A DNA stretch of 64,000 nucleotides from Patescibacteria group bacterium (GTDB lineage Bacteria > Patescibacteriota > Microgenomatia > UBA8517): positions 4,245 to 68,244 of the forward strand of contig DATFUL010000001.1 of the NCBI GenBank assembly GCA_035260845.1, written 5' to 3'. The first letter of the stretch is position 1. Every line of letters starts with the position of its first letter. Below, in pieces: positions 32,719 to 41,650 of the stretch. Below the pieces are notes generated by a model. The model was not told the DNA's origin. It was given only the letters and a program-made list of their open reading frames with translations, and searched no databases. A program made the translations under genes and the position numbers.

Positions 32719-33135
32719 CTATTTTTTTATTGCTAATTTACCAAATGTATGTATTTTACCGGCGTTTCTGGGCAGTGTTTTTCGTTCCCCATCAGCAGTC
32801 CTTACCCTTATCCATTCCTCAAATGGTTTAGTATATTTTGGAGTACCCAGTAAATGTTCGGACAAAATTTTGGCCTCACTGTCCTCAAGTTCAGTTTTAT
32901 TTAATTCTCTAGAAAAAAGTGTCTGACTTAGAGCTCTGTATTTGGTATATGGCGACTCGAGTTTCTCATTAAACCTTTTTGCTTCATTAACCAACTCGCT
33001 TCCATAAATTTCCTCGAACTTTTGCACAATTTTAGGAAGTTCTTCTGCTTCAGTATTTACATGTCCGGATGGGTTAAGTGTTAATTCAAGAGCCATAAAT
33101 ATATTATAGCGGATCTGAGGGTTCGTAGGTTGCAA
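32719..33135 (-). CDS. Hypothetical protein (138 aa)
   Basis: ORF only. Confidence 0.35.
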   Translation of the reverse strand: MQPTNPQIRYNIFMALELTLNPSGHVNTEAEELPKIVQKFEEIYGSELVNEAKRFNEKLESPYTKYRALSQTLFSRELNKTELEDSEAKILSEHLLGTPKYTKPFEEWIRVRTADGERKTLPRNAGKIHTFGKLAIKK

Positions 33136-33700
33136 CGACTACACCTGTTGAAGTAATTTTTGAGTCTACTGGTTTAAAGTGCTGGGGTTGTGTGCCTTCG
33201 GCAAATAATTTTTTGCCAGTACCAATTGTAATGGGATATGTCCAAATGTGCATTCTGTCTATTAGGTTATTTTTAAGAAGTGTTTGTATAAGCTTGCTAC
33301 TTCCCCACACCACCAGCTCTGGCCCATCCGTATTCTTAAGCTTTTTTATTTTGCTAACAACTTCCCCTGTAATAATCTCGGAATTACTCCATGCGGGGTC
33401 AAAAGGCTTATGAGCTACAACATACTTTGTCGCCTTATCAAATGGCTTTCCCCAAACCGGTTCGTCTTTGTGCTGGGGCCAATAACCAGACCAAATATCA
33501 TAAGTGAGCTTTCCTAATAGAAGATCAAAAGGGGCAGCCATAAATTTGGTCATTATACTATCTGCTACTTTGTCTTTTTGTTCCCAGGCCAACTGCCAAC
33601 CTCCGTATTTAAATCCTCCAGAGGTATCTTCTTTGGGGCCACCAGGGGCTTGCATAACGCCGTCAAGGGTGACGAACGTAATTGTAATAATTTTCCTCAT
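33104..33700 (-). CDS. Dihydrofolate reductase-like (RibD C-terminal domain family) protein
   Basis: N-terminus MRKIITITFVTLDGVMQAPGGP...GGW is typical of RibD_C/DHFR-like proteins. Confidence 0.6.
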   Translation of the reverse strand: MRKIITITFVTLDGVMQAPGGPKEDTSGGFKYGGWQLAWEQKDKVADSIMTKFMAAPFDLLLGKLTYDIWSGYWPQHKDEPVWGKPFDKATKYVVAHKPFDPAWSNSEIITGEVVSKIKKLKNTDGPELVVWGSSKLIQTLLKNNLIDRMHIWTYPITIGTGKKLFAEGTQPQHFKPVDSKITSTGVVVATYEPSDPL

Positions 33701-33751
33701 TTAAATAATTCTACCATTTTTATAATGGCTCAAACCAAGCTTGCTGAAGTG

Positions 33752-33822
33752 CTGGGAGACCAGGATTCGAACCTGAATAAACAGCTCCAAAGGCTGTTGT
33801 CCTACCGTTAGACGATCTCCCA
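33752..33822 (-). tRNA. tRNA-Gln (anticodon UUG)
   Basis: Reverse complement TGGGAGATCGTCTAACGGTAGGACAACAGCCTTTGGAGCTGTTTATTCAGGTTCGAATCCTGGTCTCCCAG. Loop CTTTGGA gives UUG. U1:A72 is typical of bacterial tRNA-Gln. Confidence 0.8.
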
Positions 33823-33859
33823 ATATAAACCCATAAATCGATCGAATAACGGCCAAGCT

Positions 33860-33883
33860 ACGCTTACCGTTAGACGATCTCCC
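33860..33883 (-). pseudogene. Duplicated 5' fragment of tRNA-Gln (about 22 nt)
   Basis: cttaccgttagacgatctccca repeats cctaccgttagacgatctccca of tRNA-Gln (21 of 22 nt identical) about 40 nt away. Confidence 0.5.
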
Positions 33884-34013
33884 ATCGTTTTAAAGAAAGA
33901 TACCATAACAAAATTGCAAAGCAATTTTGAGAGGAGCGATCGACGAAAAGCTGAAGTTTCGAGCTTAAATTTATTAAGTGAGAAACAAAAGCAGTCGTCG
34001 CATTCGCGACGAG

Positions 34014-34085
34014 TGAGCCCCCTGGGACTCGAACCCAGAACCATCACCTTAAAAGGGTGTTGCTCTACCATTGAGCTAGGGGCCC
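34014..34085 (-). tRNA. tRNA-Lys (anticodon UUU)
   Basis: Reverse complement GGGCCCCTAGCTCAATGGTAGAGCAACACCCTTTTAAGGTGATGGTTCTGGGTTCGAGTCCCAGGGGGCTCA. Loop CTTTTAA gives UUU. Confidence 0.8.
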
Positions 34086-34100
34086 TAATTCTACGTCTAT

Positions 34101-34176
34101 TGGTGACCCCACTGGGATTCGAACCCAGGTTACAAGGCTGAAAACCTCGTGTCCTAGGCCACTAGACGATAGGGCC
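34101..34176 (-). tRNA. tRNA-Glu (anticodon UUC), CCA encoded
   Basis: Reverse complement GGCCCTATCGTCTAGTGGCCTAGGACACGAGGTTTTCAGCCTTGTAACCTGGGTTCGAATCCCAGTGGGGTCACCA. Loop TTTTCAG gives UUC. Confidence 0.8.
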
Positions 34177-34234
34177 ATCACCAATCGGACAAGGAATTTT
34201 ACCATTTCAGGCTCATGAATGCTAGAATATACAC

Positions 34235-34813
34235 ATGTCTAAAAATGTTACGTACAAACTTGCCGCAAAAGAGTTAAGAAAGACAGGCCCCACTCCTGAA
34301 ACTTTCAAAACCATCAAAAGAAATCCGATTTATTTGATTTTGGATAATGTAATTGATACATACAATATCGGCTCACTTTTCAGGCTGGGAGACGCAATTG
34401 CAGCAGAAAAAATTTATATTTGTGGGGAAACTGAATACCCACCCAATAGTAGAATCCACAAAGCTGCAGTTGGAACCGAAGAATGGGTACCATGGGAGAA
34501 AATCGAAAAGACAAGAGATGTAGTTAAAAAATTGCAAAACCAAGGCGTTCAAGTTGTTGTAGTTGAGCAGGACGAGCGTTCAACCCCCCCCACTCTTTTG
34601 GCAACCAAACTAAATTTTCCGGTAGCAATTGTAGTTGGGAATGAAACAATGGGTGTTTCAAAAGAAGTTTTAGATTTGGCAGATGTCATAGTTGAACTTC
34701 CCATGTTTGGTGTAAATAAATCGTTAAATGTGTGGGGAACTGCGGCAATTATTGCATATAAAGTTGTTGAAGTTTTAATACTTAAGCCTTATTTACCAAA
34801 GAAAAGGGCATAA
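34235..34813 (+). CDS. SpoU/TrmH-family RNA 2'-O-methyltransferase
   Basis: NIGSLFRLGDAIAAEKIYICG and VVGNETMGVS match SpoU_methylase motifs. Confidence 0.65.
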   Translation: MSKNVTYKLAAKELRKTGPTPETFKTIKRNPIYLILDNVIDTYNIGSLFRLGDAIAAEKIYICGETEYPPNSRIHKAAVGTEEWVPWEKIEKTRDVVKKLQNQGVQVVVVEQDERSTPPTLLATKLNFPVAIVVGNETMGVSKEVLDLADVIVELPMFGVNKSLNVWGTAAIIAYKVVEVLILKPYLPKKRA

Positions 34814-34840
34814 AAAAACCGCCTTCCGGCGGCTGAAAAT
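34812..34840. terminator. Bidirectional Rho-independent terminator between convergent genes
   Basis: aaaaaaa-ccgcc-ttcc-ggcgg-ctgaaaat: a GC stem flanked by an A-tract on one side and a T-tract on the complement. Confidence 0.55.
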
Positions 34841-34891
34841 TACCTCACTTATAGATTTTTATAACCTTATAAAAGAAATGTATTTAGATTG

Positions 34892-36523
34892 TTAAGGGTT
34901 ATAAATTTCTGCACTATTCAAGGACGGTCCATTGTAACCTCCAGCAACCAGTACTCTACCACTTTGCAAAAGGTTTGCTGTAGAGGACGATCGCGCCGTA
35001 CTCATAGATGTGGTTGGAGTCCAAGTATTCGAACTCGGGTTGAAGAATTCAACTATAGAGGAGTAAGTGTCTGTATAAAAACCGGTTACCAACACGGTTC
35101 CATTAAGCAACAATGTTTCTGTGTGGTTGTAAACACGAAGATTGTTTCCAAAAGAACTAGTGAAACTCCAGCTTCCAATTCCACTATTTCCTGCTGGATT
35201 AAACAATTCTGCCGTCCAAGGTGCTTGGCCTGTTGACTGACCACCCACAACAAGGACCTCGCCGTTTAATAATAAAGTAGCTGTATGCCAAGCCCGCCCA
35301 TTGTTCATACTTCCAGTGAGTGTCCAACCACCAGCACCCCCGTTAGCACTTGGATCAAAAATCTCAGCAATCACCATGGAGCCTCCATAATAAGAATTCC
35401 ATCCACCTGAAGCCAGAACTCTTCCATTTGATAATGAAGCCAGAACCGGTCCATAACGAGCCGCACTCAAACTGGCGGTAGGTGTCCAACTTCCGGCTCC
35501 GCCATTACCATTCGGGTCAAAGATCTCGGCTGAGGAAAGATAATTATTGCTGCCCGTAGCATGACCTCCTGCGGCAAGCACCTTACCGCCTGGTAGGACG
35601 GCGATTCCCATACCATAATTGGGTTCACTCAAACTGGCGGTAGGTGTCCAACTTCCGGCTCCACCATTACCATTCGGGTCAAAGATCTCGGCGGTCGCCA
35701 AATTATTAGTGCCATCACTACCACCAATGACCAATACCTTCCCGTTTTGTAACGTAGCAGAGTGAGCCCCATTACGAGCGGTCGTCATGTTCGCAGTTGA
35801 ACTCCAACTGTGGGGTATTATACAGAGATTTTGTCCAAAAGTGACCGTTTGAGTTGGAGAAGGGTTCGGCGTGAGAGGTACCGTGAGCGGAATACATGTA
35901 TAGTAATCAGGGCTTGCCAAGGTTGTGTTTGTATCGCTCCACACGTCGGCCTGAGAATTTGCCTTAACGGTCCAATGTAAATGCGTACCTGTTGAGTTAC
36001 CAGATGATCCTTGATAACCAATTAATTGGCCTTTCGTTACCAAAGCACCTTCAGATACTTGCAGGCAGGATGTTCCGGGTTTTCCGTGAATATCTGGCGT
36101 TCCCAAGTGTCCGTAGAGAGTAAACACGTATTTATTATTACTACTCGCAATCATTTTGTGGTCCACAATAACACTCCAACCAAAACCAGTTAAATACTTA
36201 GCAGACATTATGGTACCCGCCTCCGCAGCATAGACCGGATACAATCTCTTTGTACAATCGGTATTCGTACCCGCAGAAATATCTACCCCTGAGTGAAATT
36301 TCTTTCTTGTATTGTTTAACTGATCATTTTGATCGAGGTAATTACCTCCATTTGTGTCCGGAACACTCGTACTTAAAAAGGGCTGAGTCACCGTGCCCGT
36401 TGTGGGTATAACCACGCTGCCTGCCGCATGCGCATCAGAAGTGAAAACCAACATTAAACTAAGAAAAAGGCTGAATATGGAGACGTAATAAATACGTCTT
36501 GAGAAATTAAGTTTTTTTAACAT
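34892..36523 (-). CDS. Secreted M23 peptidase fused to a C-terminal Kelch-repeat beta-propeller
   Basis: Signal peptide. M23 motifs HSGVDISAG and GSSGNSTGTHLHW. C-terminal repeated units (VLVIGGSDGTNNLATAEIFDP, VLAAGGHATGSNNYLSSAEIFDP, VLVAGGYNGPSLNSAEIYNP) are typical of Kelch blades. Confidence 0.65.
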   Translation of the reverse strand: MLKKLNFSRRIYYVSIFSLFLSLMLVFTSDAHAAGSVVIPTTGTVTQPFLSTSVPDTNGGNYLDQNDQLNNTRKKFHSGVDISAGTNTDCTKRLYPVYAAEAGTIMSAKYLTGFGWSVIVDHKMIASSNNKYVFTLYGHLGTPDIHGKPGTSCLQVSEGALVTKGQLIGYQGSSGNSTGTHLHWTVKANSQADVWSDTNTTLASPDYYTCIPLTVPLTPNPSPTQTVTFGQNLCIIPHSWSSTANMTTARNGAHSATLQNGKVLVIGGSDGTNNLATAEIFDPNGNGGAGSWTPTASLSEPNYGMGIAVLPGGKVLAAGGHATGSNNYLSSAEIFDPNGNGGAGSWTPTASLSAARYGPVLASLSNGRVLASGGWNSYYGGSMVIAEIFDPSANGGAGGWTLTGSMNNGRAWHTATLLLNGEVLVVGGQSTGQAPWTAELFNPAGNSGIGSWSFTSSFGNNLRVYNHTETLLLNGTVLVTGFYTDTYSSIVEFFNPSSNTWTPTTSMSTARSSSTANLLQSGRVLVAGGYNGPSLNSAEIYNP

Positions 36524-36555
36524 AAAAATATCACGAATATCCAGACCCCACCCAC

Positions 36556-37230
36556 CTATTTTCTCTGCAATTGCAATGTATTAACCATTTTATCTAAAGT
36601 TTCAATAAAAGATTCTGCTGTCTCTTTATCTGTATTCACTCCTATCGAGGATAGGACGAGAACAAACGGATGATAATCCTTATCATAAATCCACAATTCA
36701 TAAGTGACTGGGGTCTTTGTATCATCGCCTATAAGTGTATAAATTTTACGTATTGCTCTGAACTCGTTTACTTTTGTTTGTGTCGTCGAAATAACTGCAC
36801 GATCCCCAGAGAGGGTTGAAACATCCCGATCTGGTAAGTTGTCGGTAAAAATGACGGTTTTTATGCAACCTGCGGGAAGATCGAAATATATAGAACTTTG
36901 CGGTTTTACACAGTGGTCAAACCCATCACTCCACGTAGAAGGGAATTTTAGACTAAAACCAAGGTTTGATCGAACATCTGAAGCTGTCTTCCATCCCGAG
37001 GTAAAACTTGTATTGCTCGGATCAACCAAATTATTATATTGCAGGGATTGAAAAATCGAATCCGCATTATTCTGCGAGGCATGAACCAGTACTAAAGAGC
37101 CGGCTAAAAGAGAAAGTATTGCAGTTGCAAACAAACTCCGAACAAAGTATTTCCTAAATTTGAAAATATGTCCTAGACCTACATATTCATCCATTGGGGA
37201 AAGTTTACTACTCACGAGGACGAAAAGCAA
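36556..37230 (-). CDS. Hypothetical secreted protein (224 aa)
   Basis: Signal/TM after an internal Met. No catalytic motif. Confidence 0.35.
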   Translation of the reverse strand: MLFVLVSSKLSPMDEYVGLGHIFKFRKYFVRSLFATAILSLLAGSLVLVHASQNNADSIFQSLQYNNLVDPSNTSFTSGWKTASDVRSNLGFSLKFPSTWSDGFDHCVKPQSSIYFDLPAGCIKTVIFTDNLPDRDVSTLSGDRAVISTTQTKVNEFRAIRKIYTLIGDDTKTPVTYELWIYDKDYHPFVLVLSSIGVNTDKETAESFIETLDKMVNTLQLQRK

Positions 37231-37315
37231 ACCAAATTCGAAAATTTATAAGGTTTGAACAAGATAAAAAATCACCTTTCGACAACAAACTATGGTCTTG
37301 AAAGAAATCGAAGCA

Positions 37316-37843
37316 CTATCTTGTTACTGATATTGTCGGGGTCGTACCTCTTACAGATTCTGCGTGCGGTGCCCACACTGTTATTCTACCAGTCGAGTCT
37401 TTAACTGCGTAGTAGCCGGTAAAGTAGCCACCCACTTGAGCACAATTTGCAACTGCTGCCCCGTTAGATGCTCCACTGGCACCAGTTGTATTATCTATGT
37501 CTGGATCTACAGGAAAGAGTGAAACATAGTTAGGTGATAACAAGGCACACATATTTGCTCCAGCTGTACTAACTTCTGCTCCGGATAAGACTGCTCCATT
37601 GGCTGGCATTGTACCGGAAGGAATATTAAGAGCCGTCAAAAGTCCTTTATGATCAGCGCCATACTGGTGGATTGCATTCAAAATTGTATTAACGTCATTT
37701 GTACGAGCTGTATTGTTGGCCTGTGCAAACTGAGCTGCTGGGTTAATAGCGATTAAAACAATTGCAAGAAGAATTCCTAAAATACCAATGACAACCAAAA
37801 GTTCAATTAATGTAAAGCCTTTTTGAAGTTTATTCTTGAGCAT
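37316..37843 (-). CDS. Type IV pilin (probable major pilin)
   Basis: Class III signal MLKNKLQKGFTLIELLVVIGILGIL (cleavage G|FTLIE). Confidence 0.75.
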   Translation of the reverse strand: MLKNKLQKGFTLIELLVVIGILGILLAIVLIAINPAAQFAQANNTARTNDVNTILNAIHQYGADHKGLLTALNIPSGTMPANGAVLSGAEVSTAGANMCALLSPNYVSLFPVDPDIDNTTGASGASNGAAVANCAQVGGYFTGYYAVKDSTGRITVWAPHAESVRGTTPTISVTR

Positions 37844-37899
37844 TAGTTAACATTAAAGAATTATGAAAACCTTGTCAATAGGGTAATTTAGGATCATTT

Positions 37900-38580
37900 T
37901 TATTTCCTTGTAACTAAAACAACTACAAGAATTATTAAAAGTACAGTAAAGCCAATAAGTAAATATGGCAAAAGTTTGCTTTTTGAATCTTTGGAAGTAG
38001 AAGTTGAAATTTCGTTGTGATTTTCCGGCGAAGCTTCCTTCTGCCCCACCATGCTTGACATCTTCATTTTGTCGCGCGTATCTATAATATGTTTAGCAAA
38101 ATCCACAGTAAGTTCTCGGACAGCACCATATTCAGGATAAATATTTGCAGGCACAACGGCTGTCAAACCAAATCCTTTGGCGGTGAAAGCATCAACTATT
38201 GTATCTACCAGATCTAAATTAGTTGCCACAACCCTATAAAATGCTGGAGTTTTATAAATCCTAGAAAGGACTGAATTAAATGGTACCGCGTCAACAAAGC
38301 TCTGTGAGGCTTCATCTACTTTGGATGTGTCATTTGGATCTTTAACAGGAAAATCTTTACTAAAACATGCCACCTCAGAGATAACAAACAAAATTTGGGA
38401 AGGCTCAACTTTGTTAGCCTGAATAAAATTGGTTACAAGATTAAAAAAGGCATCTCTATCTTTAATATCCAGGTCAGAATACATGTTCGGAGGAAAATTT
38501 AAACTCAAAATAAAACCATCAGTATAGAGGTAAAATTTATCTCTCTCTAAAAGTATTACTATGTCTTTTGAATCTGCCAT
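37900..38580 (-). CDS. Hypothetical C-terminally membrane-anchored protein in the pilus cluster
   Basis: 226 aa. C-terminal LLPYLLIGFTVLLIILVVVLVTRK. Sits between pilin genes. Confidence 0.35.
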   Translation of the reverse strand: MADSKDIVILLERDKFYLYTDGFILSLNFPPNMYSDLDIKDRDAFFNLVTNFIQANKVEPSQILFVISEVACFSKDFPVKDPNDTSKVDEASQSFVDAVPFNSVLSRIYKTPAFYRVVATNLDLVDTIVDAFTAKGFGLTAVVPANIYPEYGAVRELTVDFAKHIIDTRDKMKMSSMVGQKEASPENHNEISTSTSKDSKSKLLPYLLIGFTVLLIILVVVLVTRK

Positions 38581-38581
38581 A

Positions 38582-38974
38582 TTAGTTTACTTCCTTCCAA
38601 GATGTTGGGGTCTCTAGAACATTATTACTGTAACTGACCACAACTTCAACCTTTTTAATAAAATTGCCATTTGTTGCGGTTGAATCAATTGTTTTTGTAG
38701 TTGTTCCGGCTACTGTAATTACCACACTTCCCCCATTAAGACTATTAATGGTTTCTCCTGTGTAGTTATTGTTCCCTCGTAAAATTCCAAGCATCGCCGT
38801 TTCAATTCCTGAATCGGCCATCTCTTTAGCTATTATTCCCTCACTCAAAGCCGTTGCAGCATCTGAATTGCTTGAAATAGCAAATATTGCAGCTGTTGTG
38901 ATAATAACTGCAACAACAATAAAAAATAAAAGCATTATAAGTGCCTGCCCTTCTTGGTGTTTATTTGGTTTCAT
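38582..38974 (-). CDS. Minor pilin/pseudopilin-like protein
   Basis: N-terminus MKPNKHQEGQALIMLLFFIVVAVII has a pilin-like hydrophobic helix. Confidence 0.45.
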   Translation of the reverse strand: MKPNKHQEGQALIMLLFFIVVAVIITTAAIFAISSNSDAATALSEGIIAKEMADSGIETAMLGILRGNNNYTGETINSLNGGSVVITVAGTTTKTIDSTATNGNFIKKVEVVVSYSNNVLETPTSWKEVN

Positions 38975-38976
38975 AG

Positions 38977-39420
38977 CTAGTATCTAAGTCCGAGTGTTGC
39001 ATCAATTGACTGGTTTTTTGCCACACCCTGAGTTTCAATTAAAGATTCAAGTGTATAGGAGACTCGAATTGTGGTTCCCACTTTAGTAAAACTGATACTG
39101 TCTACTTTTGTGTTGGCACTATTTAGCTTTACAGAATTTAAAAGTAGATCACCCGATGATAGCTGATAAACCTTTGCTCCCGAATCCAAACTAAGCTGAG
39201 TGGATGAGGCAACCGTAGCTGCACCTGCGTTATAAACGTTGTAATTTAGATTAGCAAGAATTGCCCTGGCATCCTGGTTTAAGGCAGAGGTTGATTCACT
39301 TTGAAGTTTGAAATTTAGAGTTGTCACAAAAATATCAAGAAGAACCAAAATAAATACAGACAGAAGAGCCATATAAATCATGAGTTCGACTATTGTGAAA
39401 CCATTTTGTATTTTCTTCAT
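38977..39420 (-). CDS. Minor pilin-like protein
   Basis: N-terminus MKKIQNGFTIVELMIYMALLSV (G|FTIVE). Confidence 0.6.
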   Translation of the reverse strand: MKKIQNGFTIVELMIYMALLSVFILVLLDIFVTTLNFKLQSESTSALNQDARAILANLNYNVYNAGAATVASSTQLSLDSGAKVYQLSSGDLLLNSVKLNSANTKVDSISFTKVGTTIRVSYTLESLIETQGVAKNQSIDATLGLRY

Positions 39421-41246
39421 GGACTATAGTTTACCGTTACAGTTGTTGATACTGGCCCCGGCGGGCCGCTAAATGTGACTTTATATCTAAAACACCGGCC
39501 AGGATTAATATTCAATGGAATCTGCCCTCCAGCAGTCGTAAAGCCCCCAGTGTAGTTATAAGTTGAGCAATCAGTTGAAACTGCCACTTGGTAGGCTGCA
39601 GTTACCCCGGGCGGAGTCAAGCTACTTACATCCATTCTATTAAATATTACCGAATGCCCCGCATCTAGCGTGGGTGACTCAGCGGTTAACCCCCCACCAC
39701 TTCCGTTTCCACCGGGCCCACCTTCAATAATTTTAAGTTGATTGCTATTTGTATTTGTAATTATGTAAGAAAATGCACGCTGAGCATTAGTAAACAATGT
39801 AGCAACTCCATTAATATCCCCCGCTGAGCTTAATCCTCCACACCTTGAAGGGTTTGTTTCATCGGTTACATCAACAGCCTGATACTGTTCCCCGCCCGCG
39901 CCTACGATAATTACTTTTGGCAAGTTAACAAGAACAATCCCGGTTGGGTTCATTCCATTAGTGTCATAAGACCCCATGGTGTTTCCATAACTTGCTGATG
40001 TTTCATCTATATTAACTACAAACATTTCTTTTAAAGTTCCAGAAGCTGCCGTAGCAAGGTAAACCCTGGTCCCAGTTGAATTAACATAAAGTGACTTTCC
40101 AGAAAGACCGTTAACATGAATTTTTCCGGGTGTAGCCACTGGTTTTGAATAAAAAATTAAATTTGTAGGATCTGTAGTATCTACAACAACAAGTTGATAA
40201 GTTGATGATGTTGTAGAAATATAAAGTCTGGAACCAAATGCAACAATTTTGGTAGCAGGGGCAGGAAGCTGGAGGCCGTCCAAATCTTTTTTAGGACGCG
40301 AACCGCTCTTACTAGTCAAATCAAAATCATAAAGCATGTCGCCAATTGTCATGTAGCCAACATTTCCATTTGTAGTAACTGTTGCCGCATTTGCATTACC
40401 ATTATTGGGCGAGTCAAAATACCCAGCCTCACTATATGCGCCACCAGAAATACTACTTAAATTTATTATATCTACATCCTTTGTGTGACTATCAGTCGCA
40501 ATGTAGGCATAGGTTTGTTCAGTAAATACATCGTTTGTTTTTGTAGGTCCATTAAAAATGGCAGTTGTTGCAGAAGGAGTTGCAGGTGCTGCTGGGTCTG
40601 TTAGCCCCGCGTCCACAAAAGTAAAACCCGCAGCCGCCTGGCCCGTCCCTGTAGTAATATTTACCTGATTGGTGCTACTATTTTGAATCGCGCTAATCGA
40701 TTGCGCCGTAGCGTTTCCTAAGTCAACACTTCCCAGAGTAAGGGAAGGCGCGCACCAGTCGCCGTTTCCTTGGTTAATAAGAGTTCCAGAAGTAGTTAAA
40801 CTCGATGTTAGATTTTTCCACCTACTTAAAATAAAGGTTGAAGTTAAACTACTGGGCAGAATATTATTCCAAGAAACTGTAACAGTAATTTGTTTTTTAG
40901 ATACATCACTAGGAGTTAAATCACTAATAACTACTGTTCTTGTAAAGTCGCCTATTGTCCCGTCAGGGTTTAAACTGCCCCAACTCCATGCACCACTAGA
41001 AACTTTTGGATAGTAAGTCCCATTCGTTGCGACATTTGTCCAATCAGCTTCTCTTATATTTCGTGCTGCTTCTTCTCCTTCTTTTAATAAGCCGATTGCT
41101 TTTAATCTTTGTTCTTGCTGGACTCGCCCAGAGCTGCCCGCAATAAATCCAAAAATAATCGTTGGGATTAAAATTGACGCCAATCCAAATGCAACCAAAA
41201 GTTCTACAATCAACTGGCCTTTTTGAAATTTAGTAGCTTGCTCCAT
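39417..41246 (-). CDS. Large (609 aa) pilin-like protein, possible pilus tip/adhesin subunit
   Basis: N-terminus MEQATKFQKGQLIVELLVAFGLASILIP (prepilin-like with E5) followed by about 580 aa of Thr/Ser/Gly-rich, beta-rich sequence. Confidence 0.55.
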   Translation of the reverse strand: MEQATKFQKGQLIVELLVAFGLASILIPTIIFGFIAGSSGRVQQEQRLKAIGLLKEGEEAARNIREADWTNVATNGTYYPKVSSGAWSWGSLNPDGTIGDFTRTVVISDLTPSDVSKKQITVTVSWNNILPSSLTSTFILSRWKNLTSSLTTSGTLINQGNGDWCAPSLTLGSVDLGNATAQSISAIQNSSTNQVNITTGTGQAAAGFTFVDAGLTDPAAPATPSATTAIFNGPTKTNDVFTEQTYAYIATDSHTKDVDIINLSSISGGAYSEAGYFDSPNNGNANAATVTTNGNVGYMTIGDMLYDFDLTSKSGSRPKKDLDGLQLPAPATKIVAFGSRLYISTTSSTYQLVVVDTTDPTNLIFYSKPVATPGKIHVNGLSGKSLYVNSTGTRVYLATAASGTLKEMFVVNIDETSASYGNTMGSYDTNGMNPTGIVLVNLPKVIIVGAGGEQYQAVDVTDETNPSRCGGLSSAGDINGVATLFTNAQRAFSYIITNTNSNQLKIIEGGPGGNGSGGGLTAESPTLDAGHSVIFNRMDVSSLTPPGVTAAYQVAVSTDCSTYNYTGGFTTAGGQIPLNINPGRCFRYKVTFSGPPGPVSTTVTVNYSP

Positions 41247-41640
41247 ATTTATTTATATTTATTACAGTTGTTTTGTTTACCTGACTATTAATAACAGAGA
41301 ATGTCATCGGCGTAGTTTCCCCACTCCCGGCTGCAAAAGTTAAATTTTGGCCTGAATTATCAAAACTTAAACCTGGGTCAAGGTTAATAACAAAATTTGA
41401 AGGAGTTAACGTATAACTATTTGCGTCAAAGTGAATTCCATAAGCAGTACGCCCAGCCATGGCCTGTGTTTGTTGTCCACGAATATCGCTAATTAAAGTG
41501 TCAATTGCAGCAGATTGTGAGGTAGTTGAAGGAAGCCTGCCTAGATTAATTGTAGTTAATGCAAAAAGGATCGCCAAAATTCCAATCGAAACCATAAGTT
41601 CAATCACTGTAAAACCTTTCAAAGTTTTGTAATTTGGCAT
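41230..41640 (-). CDS. Minor pilin-like protein
   Basis: N-terminus MPNYKTLKGFTVIELMVSIGILAILFAL. Confidence 0.65.
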   Translation of the reverse strand: MPNYKTLKGFTVIELMVSIGILAILFALTTINLGRLPSTTSQSAAIDTLISDIRGQQTQAMAGRTAYGIHFDANSYTLTPSNFVINLDPGLSFDNSGQNLTFAAGSGETTPMTFSVINSQVNKTTVININKYGASY

Positions 41641-41650
41641 TTGGAATTAA

